Shown here: positions 46,181 to 58,200 of the stretch, in pieces
Position numbering within the stretch: position 1 is the stretch's first letter
Layout: each line of letters opens with the position of its first letter
NCBI GenBank assembly: GCA_000002435.2
Contig: CM018793.1
Source: Giardia intestinalis
Taxonomy: Eukaryota
Strand: one strand, 5' to 3'
DNA: 64,000 nucleotides
Made by a program: the position numbers and the translations under genes
The notes under the pieces: model-generated
The model's input: the letters and a program-made list of their open reading frames with translations, nothing else
The model's database searches: none
Told to the model about the DNA's origin: nothing

Positions 46181-49100
46181 ATGCACCACCGCTCTGATTG
46201 CTTTTCCAACGGCGAGTCTTCCATTCATTTTGCGCGCGACGATGGCACTGTAATGAAGTACTCTGCGGAGTACCCCTTTCGGCCACTCGGACTTCTCAAG
46301 ACAGAAACCAGTTCTGGTGATCAGCAGCTCTGTGACATGCGCACTGTTGGAGACACTCTCTTCCTCATTTACATTAAAAAGACAGAACAGCAAGCAACAA
46401 CTATGACTATTGCCAATGATGTTAGTACTAAAATATCAACAATCACCATCATCACTCCTCATCCCGCATCGTCATTCACCATTTCACTTGATGATATGCT
46501 GAATCTACGGATAACCTTTATTAACGTTGACTCCAACGAAGATCGTGTTCTGGCATCCCACCGTGTCCAGATTGACTTACGAGAGCCGCTACTTGAATAT
46601 AATCTCGGGTTTGCGTTTTCCTCAGACTCTGCAGACTTCCATGTTGCACTCCCAGACTTTTATATATGTGATGTTTTAGCAACCAAAGACACCCTGGCTA
46701 TATTGTCGTCGTCATTTGTGATACTTTACAGTCTTGTTGACGGGTCACAAGACCCGATTCAGCTCTTTATTCCGGAAACAGACGTGTCTCGGGTGGATTC
46801 AGGTTATACTACCTTTGGAGGGATACAACATCCGTTGCTTCAGGCCTACAGGCTTTTCTATGTTGGGACGATAATACTTGTCCTCACGCCCAGTTGCCTT
46901 TATCAGATTGAGCACTTCTCTGACAATACAGTCAGTCTCACTGTGGTCTCTAAGATCTCAAATAGGATCTTAGCGTACACGGCAACAGATAGCTTATTTG
47001 CTCTTTGCACTTCTAGCTACACGGTCATGTTGCTGTTCATGCCTCCCGGAGCTGACTACTTGAGCATCAGTGTCTATAACATAGCTAATGATGTCAACAA
47101 TCGCCTTTTTAGTCTTTCTATGGACTACCTCGTCCAGGCTAGTCAGGCAAGTGAAGCAAGCTACCTAGAAAAACTCCCGTCCACCTGGCCAGCCACGCCT
47201 AATCCCCTAGGTCTGGCAATGGACAGGTATATGGACGGGCTTGTGACCAAAAGGTGTGTCAGAAGTGGGACAACTAACATCTTGTCTACATTTCCTTCAC
47301 GGCCTTCTCACAGTAACATCCGCATCTTGCTTGTTCCGCTGCAAGGAAAGGATTCTGTTCTTGTTACATTTGTTCATCTTGCTCCACCGTCTTCTCTTAC
47401 TAGCTCGTCTTCTGACTTTACGGTTGTCGGGTCCTTTATTCATGATCTATCCAGTGAGTCTGAGGGAGCTCGCTTGCAGCGCGTGGAGTCTCTCTCAAAG
47501 GCTGAAGCATCAGCATTTTCTGGTAAAAAGGATTCATTCTTCAAAGATTTATATGGCGGATTTTCCCCCTATGTGAAAATAAAAACCGGACCCGATGCTG
47601 TGGCAGCAATATCTGAGGGGTTATTTATCAATCCTTCTTACTTAAAAACCAAGCCGATTGCTTACTATCTCCACCTCCTTGTTAATATAAATGTTGCTAT
47701 CTGCATCGCGCTATCGAAGTTTCTTGTCACTAATTCTCATTTCAATAACATCAAGATGGTCAAGCATGCTAAGATGAGCATTCTTTACGACATCCTAACA
47801 TTACGGGATGACATGCTGCACCACCTTACTTCGGAATGGAACCACACCGTTGCTTTATCTACTCCTGCAGAGGACCCTCAGACACGCCTCCTGCTTTCTG
47901 CATATGGAAGCCAGGATGTGATGGGCCTCTATAGCCATTTGTATTATAGCCCAACCTCTGATCTTGGCCTTAACCCGCCATCGATTCACTCTGGGAATCG
48001 CTTGTTGACTGTATTTACGGTGGGGTTCACGAGTGGTCTGTCCATCTATGACTTGACGAAAGCACTATTACTTAAAGCAAGCCCTCGGCACTACACCAAT
48101 GCATTTACTACTATCGATACACTATCCCTTGCCGAATACACTTCCTCTTTTAGGCATAACGTCTTCTATGCGGAGTTTCGACTGGTTGCATGGTCGTTGT
48201 CGTCTTCCTACCGCACTACTTTGGGCGGAAGATGTTCTGAAAATATGCCTTGTCTGTCAGATAACTTTTTATTTGACAAGGGACCCCATTCAAAACTGGA
48301 CAAGAAACTGAATTGGCTACCTCTGACCTCGAACTCTGCTGTTCCACACGAGAGCGTTTACCTGGCTGGTGGCACATTACATCACACCATGTTTTTGAGC
48401 TCGTGTCATGTGCCCATGGAGACATCCATTCTCACGCCTTGCCCAGACTCGGTGGTAAGCGACATCAACCAATATGTCGTGAAGCTCCTCTCTGCCAACA
48501 TTAACGCTAGAAACTTTTATCTACCAAGGTTTTTCTATACTGGAATTACTACATCATCCGATGAGGCATCTAAGCGAAGCGTCGAAGAAGGGCAAGCTCA
48601 AACGAGCGCACCCAATGGACCTTCTGTTGATCAGAAGACCGTAAATAAGAATGCCCCTACTCAGAAACTCTATTGCAAGTTTGACCCCATCATTACACTT
48701 CGTGAGTTCACCAGGCGTTTCCTCCCCGACTTTGATCTTCTTATGTCCATTCTCTCATCTCTATTTGGCATTCTTCTAGACGTGGTTCGCACCCAAGGCA
48801 GCAGGGCTAAGTACATACTCCGCATGATTAGTTTGGATACGGTGTTCTTGGAGCTTACGTCTCTGAATGGATTTGGCGGCATGTATTACTTTGGAAAGGA
48901 TCTGGAAGCATCTCCGTACAGACTTAAGCTGCCCTTTTACACGCTAGGACCAGAAGCGTCCGCACTTTTTCCTAGCCGAGGAACTCTTCCTCCTCTATTA
49001 TCAGATTCGGCGCATATCAGCACTGAATATTATCCCTCCCTCTTGCTGACTGGGCTGGTGGCCCAGCTCTTCTTTGAGCTACTGCAGATCTACACGTCTG

Positions 49101-51208
49101 GCATGCTGGCCAGTAACGATTTACTTAACGTTGAAAAGCTAGCAAATGTTACTGAGCACGTCAATCAGGACGCAACGGTAACGTATGCTCTCGGTCCCCT
49201 GGTGCTGAAACAAAATACCCAATCTACGCTTTACACGCCAGCCATGTGCGATGTCGGCACGGCATTCGATGTTCTTTTCAGTGCAACAGCACGGCCATAT
49301 CAAAGGCTCCTCTATTTGAACAACATTCTTCTGAATATCCACTTGCTGGCCAAACTAGACATAGCCCTGGTGGTGAGGACCCTTTACCAGCATTGTAGCA
49401 GAATTGCTGGACACCAGTTCACGATCATCAACCTTCTTAAGATGTACGACTTCTTCTGCCACGCTGCAGAGAGCATAATTGAAAATCCTATGGAGCTCCA
49501 GATAACGCTCAAGGTGCTTCAGGAGAGGTTTGGCACACACATGCAATACTATGATAGCATCTTTGAATCTAATTTGTCCATAAATCAGTCAGATTTCTCG
49601 GAATACATAGCATTTTGCAAAGAAAAGATCCCGCCCTTCTTGCTCCACCTGTATGACAAATCACCAACGAGAGATTATACGATCGTTGTTGAGAGCTTAC
49701 TGTACTCTAATGAAGACCTAATGTATCGGCAGCAAATAGTGGATAGCTATAGGTCCGATCCAGTGTATCAAGCCAAGCTGAAAGAAGACCCTAGTCACCC
49801 CATTGTGCAGCTGAAGGATGCAATTTTGGAGCTCCGGCTGTATCGCAAGTATCGCCTCTCCTGCAACATCACCAAGAATAAGATCCTTTACGGTATGTTG
49901 GAGGCGTGCATGAACGCTACTCCAACTACGCAGACAGTATGCATAACATATGAGAACGACCCTGGCATTGACGGCGGGGGTATCTTTCGATCAATGATTT
50001 CCCAGTGCTTTATGGAACTACTAAATGAGGAGGAGATCCGTGGCTCACCTATTCTTAACATGGTAGAGCATAAGTTGATTCCAGCGTTCCTTGGGTACAT
50101 ACCCCTTGCTAGTTCAGAGGTTGTTCCTCGACTGTCCCAAAAGAGGTCTGCGCTCTACTATCTGGGTAGATTGTTTGCCTTTGCCGTTGTTTATAATGTA
50201 AGATTTCCAAAGGTTTTTGATTCCAGGTTGATCTCATGCCTCATAGGAGGGAGACTCTATCTTGACAACGAGATCAACAACAAATACAAGGCTGAGCGCG
50301 AAAACGATCCCATGTTCAACGTTAACGGAACCCCAGTCGATCTTCTGTATCCAATTAACTCGCAGTTTTACAAAAAGTACTATGGCTCTGCAGACAAACT
50401 CTTTAAGTTTACCCTAGGCAAGCTATATACAGAAGGGCGGGCCAAGGGCTACATCACTGGTCCTCCTGGCAACATGGACGACCTCACCCATCTTGTTTCG
50501 GCCCTTAAAGATATCCCTGACTACAAGGTTCCAGAAATTTTTGATGATATGGCAACCCCAGACTTTGTGGTGTCGACACGGAAGCTGACCGAGACAAAGA
50601 ATTGCGTTCTGAAGTGGGTTATTTCGCTGTTCAATGGAATCAAATCTGGAGACGCCTTTAAAAAGCATCTTTCCGAATTCAGAAACGGATTTAGACAGCC
50701 ATTTGGCAATGCAATGTCACAAAAGTCAGACGAGAGGGTGCAAAAGATATGTCAGCGAATTGATAAGGCGCTTTCAGAGATATCCCTCAATGACTTTGAG
50801 GCTCTCTTTATGGCAGATCTGGAGATAGACCGAGCCACAATTGCAAATATCATCCAGCCATACACTAAGTCAGATCCGTTGGAGAATCTGGGAGAGTCTA
50901 AGCCGAACATTAGAGATCGCAAGAAGGTTCTAGACAATCTGATTTCTTGCCTAAAGCAGGTTATCCTAAACCCCAAATTAATGAACTCAACAAGCCTAGG
51001 AGACTTTATGTATGCAGCCACGGGCAGCAGATACACCATTGGCATAACACTGTATGTCAAGGCACACAACGAAGGGCCCCTTGTCATCTTCCACACATGC
51101 AACAATCTCATTGAGCTGCCGTCCAGTGTCAAGAGCATAGAAGAAATGCACAGAGTTCTGTTATTCAGCATGTATGAAGCAGTTCACGGTGGATTTGGCA
51201 TTGCATAA
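46181..51208 (+). CDS. HECT-domain E3 ubiquitin-protein ligase (about 1675 aa)
   Basis: The C-terminal about 350 aa is a HECT domain: ...YENDPGIDGGGIFRSMISQCFMEL... (the [YE].DPG.D.GG..RE.F block), and the terminal ...LVIFHTCNNLIELPSSVKSIEEMHRVLLFSMYEAVHGGFGIA, where the conserved catalytic Cys lies in HTC[FN]N. The long N-terminal region is unassigned. The track start at TTG 46157 was moved to the first ATG, 46181. Confidence 0.85.
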   Translation: MHHRSDCFSNGESSIHFARDDGTVMKYSAEYPFRPLGLLKTETSSGDQQLCDMRTVGDTLFLIYIKKTEQQATTMTIANDVSTKISTITIITPHPASSFTISLDDMLNLRITFINVDSNEDRVLASHRVQIDLREPLLEYNLGFAFSSDSADFHVALPDFYICDVLATKDTLAILSSSFVILYSLVDGSQDPIQLFIPETDVSRVDSGYTTFGGIQHPLLQAYRLFYVGTIILVLTPSCLYQIEHFSDNTVSLTVVSKISNRILAYTATDSLFALCTSSYTVMLLFMPPGADYLSISVYNIANDVNNRLFSLSMDYLVQASQASEASYLEKLPSTWPATPNPLGLAMDRYMDGLVTKRCVRSGTTNILSTFPSRPSHSNIRILLVPLQGKDSVLVTFVHLAPPSSLTSSSSDFTVVGSFIHDLSSESEGARLQRVESLSKAEASAFSGKKDSFFKDLYGGFSPYVKIKTGPDAVAAISEGLFINPSYLKTKPIAYYLHLLVNINVAICIALSKFLVTNSHFNNIKMVKHAKMSILYDILTLRDDMLHHLTSEWNHTVALSTPAEDPQTRLLLSAYGSQDVMGLYSHLYYSPTSDLGLNPPSIHSGNRLLTVFTVGFTSGLSIYDLTKALLLKASPRHYTNAFTTIDTLSLAEYTSSFRHNVFYAEFRLVAWSLSSSYRTTLGGRCSENMPCLSDNFLFDKGPHSKLDKKLNWLPLTSNSAVPHESVYLAGGTLHHTMFLSSCHVPMETSILTPCPDSVVSDINQYVVKLLSANINARNFYLPRFFYTGITTSSDEASKRSVEEGQAQTSAPNGPSVDQKTVNKNAPTQKLYCKFDPIITLREFTRRFLPDFDLLMSILSSLFGILLDVVRTQGSRAKYILRMISLDTVFLELTSLNGFGGMYYFGKDLEASPYRLKLPFYTLGPEASALFPSRGTLPPLLSDSAHISTEYYPSLLLTGLVAQLFFELLQIYTSGMLASNDLLNVEKLANVTEHVNQDATVTYALGPLVLKQNTQSTLYTPAMCDVGTAFDVLFSATARPYQRLLYLNNILLNIHLLAKLDIALVVRTLYQHCSRIAGHQFTIINLLKMYDFFCHAAESIIENPMELQITLKVLQERFGTHMQYYDSIFESNLSINQSDFSEYIAFCKEKIPPFLLHLYDKSPTRDYTIVVESLLYSNEDLMYRQQIVDSYRSDPVYQAKLKEDPSHPIVQLKDAILELRLYRKYRLSCNITKNKILYGMLEACMNATPTTQTVCITYENDPGIDGGGIFRSMISQCFMELLNEEEIRGSPILNMVEHKLIPAFLGYIPLASSEVVPRLSQKRSALYYLGRLFAFAVVYNVRFPKVFDSRLISCLIGGRLYLDNEINNKYKAERENDPMFNVNGTPVDLLYPINSQFYKKYYGSADKLFKFTLGKLYTEGRAKGYITGPPGNMDDLTHLVSALKDIPDYKVPEIFDDMATPDFVVSTRKLTETKNCVLKWVISLFNGIKSGDAFKKHLSEFRNGFRQPFGNAMSQKSDERVQKICQRIDKALSEISLNDFEALFMADLEIDRATIANIIQPYTKSDPLENLGESKPNIRDRKKVLDNLISCLKQVILNPKLMNSTSLGDFMYAATGSRYTIGITLYVKAHNEGPLVIFHTCNNLIELPSSVKSIEEMHRVLLFSMYEAVHGGFGIA

Positions 51209-51238
51209 AGTAAATTTTCTATCTCCATCCAAAAAAGG

Positions 51239-54200
51239 ATGCATCAGGTAGGCGATCCTTTGCAAATCAACGAGGAGCACAATCACGCTGATGGTATATT
51301 GGCAGAGAAAAAGTTACCATCTCTAGCCTCTTTTCCCGAAGGAATTCCGTCTCTTGGTCAAACCTCGAAGGTACACATAATTTTTCCCGGGTCTCAGCAG
51401 TTCACGGGCTTCATATCTTCTGCGACTATGGATGGTCTTGGATCCTTTGACCTTTCTTCGGAAGCCGTATATCATGGGTTTTTAAAGGACTCTATCCCAC
51501 ACGGTCCCTTTGGCCTTGTTACCATGTCTCAAGGACTGACATATGCGGGCGAGTTTGTCGATGGTAACCTAACTGGCCAATCACTTATCCTCTTCTCCGA
51601 TGGGTCTGCGTTCAGAGGTCAGTTTTCCGAAAACAATGCAAACGGCTATGGAGCAATACGAGTGGTGAGTGCAGGGGTAGACTTTGCTGGCTCGTTTATT
51701 GCCTCTGTCCCCACTGGGTTTGGAGCAATTGGAACGGGGCACTGGCGAAGATACATAGGCAGCATAGGTAGCGCAGAGAAAGAGGCTTGCAGTGTTTACA
51801 TAGGAGACTTTTGTGATGGTGAGCCGGATGGCATTGGGATGTCTATCGTGGCAGGAGCAGATGATCTAACAGGTGCACGCAGATATAACAGATTTTTCGG
51901 GTCGTTTTACGGAGGTGTAAGATCCGGCCCTGGAGTTCTCTATACAGGCAACAATGACATGCTTATTGGCACATTTATCAATGATAAAAAGTCAGGACTC
52001 TTCATGCACATTGAAGGCGCAAGCAAGCAATGCGAATTCAGACTTTATGAAAGTGACGTCTGTCTAAATTCTCACATGCTTAGAGGGGTGTATTTCAAGC
52101 AGCCGTGGATGTTAATGAATATATACTTAGATCTACAAACGATGTGTCCAGAATTAGTGGATATTCGTGCTGCATTTGATGACTTTTTATCTGAGATGGA
52201 CTACTGTCTTTCGTCAGGCCTCGACTCCATCTTCAATGGTCGTAACAATTACAAGAAATCGAAAAAGTATCCTATAATAGACGTGATTCTGGCCCAGAGT
52301 ACGCGGCAGTCTGTCCCCTGTAACACACGGCTAATTACCGACTGTCGTGTGTCCTACCCATGGATCACAGACGCTTTAGCTAGGCATGTTCGCTATTGTA
52401 CGGACACATGGACTACTGTCCATTATGATGCGTATTCTGACCATGATGTAGCCAAAGATAGGCCACAGGATTGCTTAGGCCCTTCAAACAAAGTGCGCTC
52501 ATCGACCCCTACGTCACGGACGGCCAAGAATAACATGGCTCTCAGTGGAGTGACCTCTCGGGCCAGTGAGAGAACTAACGCTTCTCTAGTAAGTTCAAAG
52601 CTTTCTGTCCAACAGTCTGTTTTCATGGACAAGGTGGATAGCCTCAAGTCTTCCTTACTATCCTGCTATGATATCCTTCACTTTATCTTCTGCATTTACC
52701 GGGCCCAGGAAGTGCTACTTCTTAACGAGCATACAAAGATGTTTTCCGATCAGAAGACAGTATTCAGCATTGATGTAATGGCTGAGGAATTGGATAATAA
52801 GGACTCCAAGCCCAGATATCCGATGTCTTCAGAAAGCTGTTCCTGGAAAGTAGGTGCATGTGCAGTTTTTAATCCGCAGCATTGTAAAGGTCTTTTAGAT
52901 AGTGTCCCAGGCCCTTACAAAGACCCAACATCGCCGTTTCTTCTAGGACATGCGGTCAACGAAATGTTTAGCAGTACCGATGAAGGACAGAACTCCACTG
53001 AGTCGAATGAGAAGCGTGAAACAAGCACCCCAGGAGAGGACGCTGAGCACGTCTCAGAGTCCAAGCAGATTAAACAAGGAAAAGAGCAAGAACCGACAAG
53101 GGTTACTCCGGCTCGATGCTTTGGAGTGGATGGTAATTATCGCGCAGGTGCCCTTCTTTCAGATATTGTAGACGTTGACATGTCACGAGCTGCCAAAACA
53201 GTTGCAGGAGCCTCGAGCTATGACAATGAACTCGTCCTGGCTATAATCAAGATTGTAGAGACAAACGAGACTGTTTCCCTATTCACTCTAGAGCGTTTAC
53301 TCTTAGAGTTATTTTGTTCTAACCGCGTGCTTGCAACATACTTCCTTCCCAACTATAAGGAAATACAGAGGATTGTACGAAATATATGCAAGCCGTCAGA
53401 TGAATACTTGATGGCTCGAACACTTGGAATAGACACTGACAAGTATATCTCCAAAAAGCACGATACCGATTTTGAAGGTTTTGTAGAGATAATTATTACC
53501 TTGGCAACGCTGTTAGGTCCACAAGTTTTGGCTTCTGTTAAGACAGATGTTCTGGCCTCTCCAACGAGTCTCTTCAATGTACTAAACACAGGTTCTAAAA
53601 TGACAAGTAACGTTCTTGCAAAAGGCAATGAATCATCGGCGCCGCTGGACAATCTACTGAGGTATATTGTCGTACCATTTGGCAACATGCTATTAAAACA
53701 GCTTACTATTGTCACGCAGAGCAGCGAGAAAGCTCAGTCCATCCTCGAACCTCTGTTTTCTTTCATGCAAAAGGAGGATAAAACAACCAGAGAATGTCTT
53801 AAAATGGTTCTATCAAAGCTAGGCAACCACGATGGACTGATGACAACTGGGGGTCTTGACACAGGCATGACAGACTCCGTACGGATAGGCGCGCTTTCAC
53901 TCACAGCCAAGGGGTCCTCTATGAATCTGCTGAAGTCCACATCGAGCTTGAGTCAATCTAGACTGCAACACAATCCCGACGCAAACATCAAGCGTATGGT
54001 GACACCAATAGCCAGGCTCCGCGATCCATCACGCTCACTGAATCCCTTTGAAAGTGCATTACTAGGAAGTCTCGCCCTAGCCAATCATCTAGTGGACCTT
54101 TTTGTAGCAGAACCGCGAGTCCTGGCGCAGATATACGATGCTCCATTCTATGCAATTAATTCCAAGTTGTGGAGCACAATCATCTCTAGTCCATTCATCG

Positions 54201-55057
54201 TATATCAATACAATCGGCTGTTTTCTACGTTAGAACTAGATAGCAGATCCTACTATACGTACAATACAAATGTAAGCCTCTTGGATGTATTTAAACACAT
54301 TAATGAGGTCTTTCAGACGATATTTGTCCGTAAATTGGACCACGTTGTGGCCGATACCACTGAGAATGACGACGATGATCGATTGTTTTCAGAACAGAAT
54401 AGTACGACAGAGGATGTAGATCACGGTGCGCAAATGTTGGCAGATACACTTGAAGAAGTGGTAGATGGCGAGGTTGTTGAGGAAGATAAGATTGAAAGCA
54501 AATTGTTCGTAGAGAGAGCTGCCCAATGCCTTCTAACGCAATTCTCCAATTACAATATATATACCAGCTCGTTGAGCGACACAGAAAGTAGTGGGCGGGA
54601 AATCCGGTTTGCAGTGCAATCCACAGCTGATGCAGTCAAGGACAGTCTTGATGAAGTTTCTGCATCTTCTAAAGAACAACCATACGTAATTTCATACTCT
54701 GGTACAGATGATCAAATGTATGAAATCGTATCCCAACTGATTGAACACGATGCTACGCCTTTATTATACCTAGTAGCTGTTGTTTCACACTGCTATTGCT
54801 CTGACGCATGCTTTGAGCGAATCATAAAAAGAAGTAGTAAAGAAGGTAGTAGTGAGGGAAGTTTTAACCTCCCCTCGACAGCGGAGTCCAGTGCTCTAAC
54901 TAACTCGATGCTTCTAGCAACAGAAACCTTGAGAGACGAAATCTACGAAGCGGTCGCTGGGACTTTTTTCGCAGATGAAGCAATGCGGTGCCTGATTGAG
55001 TGCATCCAAGGAGCGCATGCCCTCTTAAGGAGATCCAAGGAAGAAGCCAGTGAGTAA
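51239..55057 (+). CDS. MORN-repeat protein (N-terminal MORN repeats, long unassigned C-terminal region)
   Basis: Residues about 70-260 contain repeated Y.G.F..G...G.G 23-residue units: YHGFLKDSIPHGPFGLV, YAGEFVDGNLTGQSLILFSDGSAFRGQFSENNANGYGAI, FAGSFIASVPTGFGAI, YIGDFCDGEPDGIGM, FGSFYGGVRSGPGVLYTGNNDMLIGTFINDKKSGLF. Total length 1272 aa. Confidence 0.65.
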   Translation: MHQVGDPLQINEEHNHADGILAEKKLPSLASFPEGIPSLGQTSKVHIIFPGSQQFTGFISSATMDGLGSFDLSSEAVYHGFLKDSIPHGPFGLVTMSQGLTYAGEFVDGNLTGQSLILFSDGSAFRGQFSENNANGYGAIRVVSAGVDFAGSFIASVPTGFGAIGTGHWRRYIGSIGSAEKEACSVYIGDFCDGEPDGIGMSIVAGADDLTGARRYNRFFGSFYGGVRSGPGVLYTGNNDMLIGTFINDKKSGLFMHIEGASKQCEFRLYESDVCLNSHMLRGVYFKQPWMLMNIYLDLQTMCPELVDIRAAFDDFLSEMDYCLSSGLDSIFNGRNNYKKSKKYPIIDVILAQSTRQSVPCNTRLITDCRVSYPWITDALARHVRYCTDTWTTVHYDAYSDHDVAKDRPQDCLGPSNKVRSSTPTSRTAKNNMALSGVTSRASERTNASLVSSKLSVQQSVFMDKVDSLKSSLLSCYDILHFIFCIYRAQEVLLLNEHTKMFSDQKTVFSIDVMAEELDNKDSKPRYPMSSESCSWKVGACAVFNPQHCKGLLDSVPGPYKDPTSPFLLGHAVNEMFSSTDEGQNSTESNEKRETSTPGEDAEHVSESKQIKQGKEQEPTRVTPARCFGVDGNYRAGALLSDIVDVDMSRAAKTVAGASSYDNELVLAIIKIVETNETVSLFTLERLLLELFCSNRVLATYFLPNYKEIQRIVRNICKPSDEYLMARTLGIDTDKYISKKHDTDFEGFVEIIITLATLLGPQVLASVKTDVLASPTSLFNVLNTGSKMTSNVLAKGNESSAPLDNLLRYIVVPFGNMLLKQLTIVTQSSEKAQSILEPLFSFMQKEDKTTRECLKMVLSKLGNHDGLMTTGGLDTGMTDSVRIGALSLTAKGSSMNLLKSTSSLSQSRLQHNPDANIKRMVTPIARLRDPSRSLNPFESALLGSLALANHLVDLFVAEPRVLAQIYDAPFYAINSKLWSTIISSPFIVYQYNRLFSTLELDSRSYYTYNTNVSLLDVFKHINEVFQTIFVRKLDHVVADTTENDDDDRLFSEQNSTTEDVDHGAQMLADTLEEVVDGEVVEEDKIESKLFVERAAQCLLTQFSNYNIYTSSLSDTESSGREIRFAVQSTADAVKDSLDEVSASSKEQPYVISYSGTDDQMYEIVSQLIEHDATPLLYLVAVVSHCYCSDACFERIIKRSSKEGSSEGSFNLPSTAESSALTNSMLLATETLRDEIYEAVAGTFFADEAMRCLIECIQGAHALLRRSKEEASE

Positions 55058-55287
55058 AAAATTAGTAAGAGCCGAGTATGTCGGAAGGGCTTTACAAGAC
55101 TCTACAGAGAGACCATCGGGCATGTATGCTCTCTCTGGAAGAAGAGGCTAAGGAAAGAAGAGCAGAGTCCATCAAGGAGACCTCCAGTATGCAAAGAGAA
55201 GAGGTGTATGTTCCCTTGGGAAGGCATTTCATCGCTGTCTCTTCTCAGGAGGCAACACAGATATTGAGGACAGTGGACAGGACCCAC

Positions 55288-58200
55288 TCATTCCTCTGCA
55301 AGGATATCGTCTGACTGCTCGCCTAGCCTGTAAACTATGTGTCCCTCTTCTTCTTCGATGATGTATTGCGACTCGTCCGAGAGTGCAGCAAAACTGGAAA
55401 CTACAGAAGCAGGACTATCAAGTGTTACTACTGTTGTTATTTGTGCCTTGCAGAAAGGACAAGCGCTTATGGAAGCGACCATGCACGAGTGACACATAAG
55501 TGCGTGACCGCATGGAACCCCAATAAAGGAGGGCGGTCGAGCCATGCAAACACAGCAAAGTCCCCTGCCTTCAACCAAAAACTCGATGAGCTTTTCATCG
55601 GTATCAATCTCATATATATTGATGCGTTGTGCCTGCGCCTGCACAACGGAATTGTTAGAGTCACTAGGAGAGGTGTCATCCTCCAAAAGGAGATCCAGCA
55701 TGGATTCTAGCAGATCATCTAAAACTAAAATGTCAGCCTGGGCTTCTGCATCTGTCACAAAATCCAGTTGATAAAGATCTAATAAGTCTGTGTTTCTGGC
55801 AACACAATTCTCGTCGTTAACATCTCTACGTCGTTGAGAGTCTATGCGCTGCTGATAGAATGTACGAACACATTCTCTAATCTTTTCATAAAGAATTTTG
55901 ACAGCAACACTCAAAGTGGCCGGACTAGCAACATTAAAAGGAAGCATAGCATGTTCCGTTATTGGATCTACAAACTCATACAGCTCCTGTTCTAACGCAT
56001 ATTCCAATGGTGTCTTACCGTGAAAGTCAATGAGCCAGGCTTCTCTCAGCAAAAATGGAATGACACGACGATTACGGCACTCAATAGCATATATCAGCGC
56101 TGTTCTTCCGCACTTGTCTCTGAGTCCGCTCTCATGGGGAATCAGCTTCTTGGCAGCTCTTACTTGGTCATGTTGCGCGGCATACATTAAAGCCGTGCGA
56201 CCCAACATATCGCACTCTCTACTCTTGCTATGCTTTAATAAAAACTCGATGATTTCTTCGTGACCATTACCTGCCGCCGACATGAGTGGAGTCTGGCCAT
56301 ATGCATTTGGAAGAAGTGGCTCAAATCTGGATAAAAGAAGCACGCTGTCAATAGCTCCTGCCTTTACTGCAATGTGCAACGCATTAAAGTGATCTTCTGT
56401 GAGCTTGTTTATCTCGCGTGGGCAATTAAGAAGTATCTCTACGCAATTGACGTGATTATTCTTAGCTGCACACATCAATGCAGTGCGTCCCTCTAAGTCT
56501 CTAGACCCTGCCTCAGCAAGGGCCAGCACACGAACAACGTTAACGTAGCCTAATGTGGCAGCAATCATTAATGCGGTTGTGTCATCGTATGTTCGAAGCT
56601 CAGCCTCATGCTTCGCCAGTATTGACGCTGCTTCAATTTGATTGTGCTCGGCTGCAAGCATCAGAGCTGTCTTACCATCGTAATTAGTCATCCTTAGCTC
56701 CATTCTCGATGACACTATTCTTGCGACGGTTCTTGCATGGCCATGTTTGGAGGCAAACATAAGTGCAGTCATTCCTTCATTGTTTTGATTCCCTGCTTCG
56801 CGGTCCAATAAGAGATCCACGATGCCATCAAATCCAAAGCGAGCCGCCATCATGAGTGCAGTTTCGCCAGCTAAATTGTACATCCTACTTTCGTGTGGAA
56901 GAAGGATTCTAGTGATATCTAGGTAGCCCCGTTGAGCGGCATGCATCAGTGCAGTCGTTTGATTCCTATCGCAAGCACATGCCTGATGTTCGAGAAGAGC
57001 AGTTACCACGGGACCATGTTTGGCAAGTGCCGCCAGCATGAGTGGTGTTGTGCCATTGGTGTCTGCAATGGATCCTTCCTTTGGTAGCAAAAGCTTTACA
57101 ATCTCAAGATGGCCCCTTTGCGCTGCATAGTGTAAAGCTGTTTGACCCTGTACGTCCGTCAAACCTACCTCAAAAGGAACAAGATCTTCTGCAGCCTCAA
57201 TATTATTAGAGTACGATGCGTGCATTAGTGCGGTTCTACCTCGTGAATCACGCAATGTCGCTTCGTACGGACAAAGCGCCTTAAACCACTCACTATTTCT
57301 GGCTATGACTGCACGCATGAGCAAAGTATAAGATACATCAGCTACAAACGTGAGACTGCCTGGCAAAGCAACCCGGGGTGGTCTCATGAGTTTTCGGCGG
57401 CGACGCACAATGCATGGCCGTATAACTAATCGAGAATTGCTGTGGGCATTACTATGCTGTGAGTCTATATCCGTTTGCATAGTGTGTTGAACATCAGTCT
57501 CTTGCTGAACCAGTGGAATAGCAACATGCTGTGTAAGATATTCCTCGGACGTACCACTTGACGGTGGCTCAATAGACAGTTCGTCAATATCTACAATGTT
57601 AGCCGCTTCTCCCGGATAAATAGTGAAGGAACTATCAGCCAAGTTCTGAGAAGAAGGATTGCTGTCCATCAAAACATCGACCAATAAGGAGCTGATAGTA
57701 TCATTTATTACATCTGTATCATCAGAGGATCTTGTCCTTGGTGATTGTTGGTGATCAACGGCTGCTTGTTGGGGAGAGACTGTTGGGAGCGGAGTTGATT
57801 GTACGACTGGGACTGGAGGACTCATTAGTAGCTCGCTTTCCGGATTCAATCTTTTTGCATTCAAAGATGCATGCTTACATCTAGTTTCAAAACAAGGCGA
57901 TTCTTCATATGATTGGAGCAACTCGACGATATGGTTGTGTCCACGTTCCATTGCAATAGAAAGTGCAGTATCGCCAAATTGCGAAGTAAAACCAGCTTCA
58001 TAGGGAATGAGTTCCTGTGCAGCTAGGGTAAGTCCAGTGAAGGCTGCATACATGAGTGCTGTTCGTCCAAGGTTGTCGCGGAGCCCCGTAGCATATGGGG
58101 CCAAGGAAGAAATTGCTTGATGATTATTCATCACAACAGCGAGCATAAGCGCAGTTTGGCCCGTCCTGGTAGAAATAGTGTATTCATATTCACAAAGGAT

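Noticed and set aside
55339-56263. Plus-strand ORFs (123 aa, 75 aa, 77 aa) within the ankyrin-RING gene
   Set aside because: They are antisense to a gene with more than 20 clear ankyrin repeats and a RING finger, and show no independent features.
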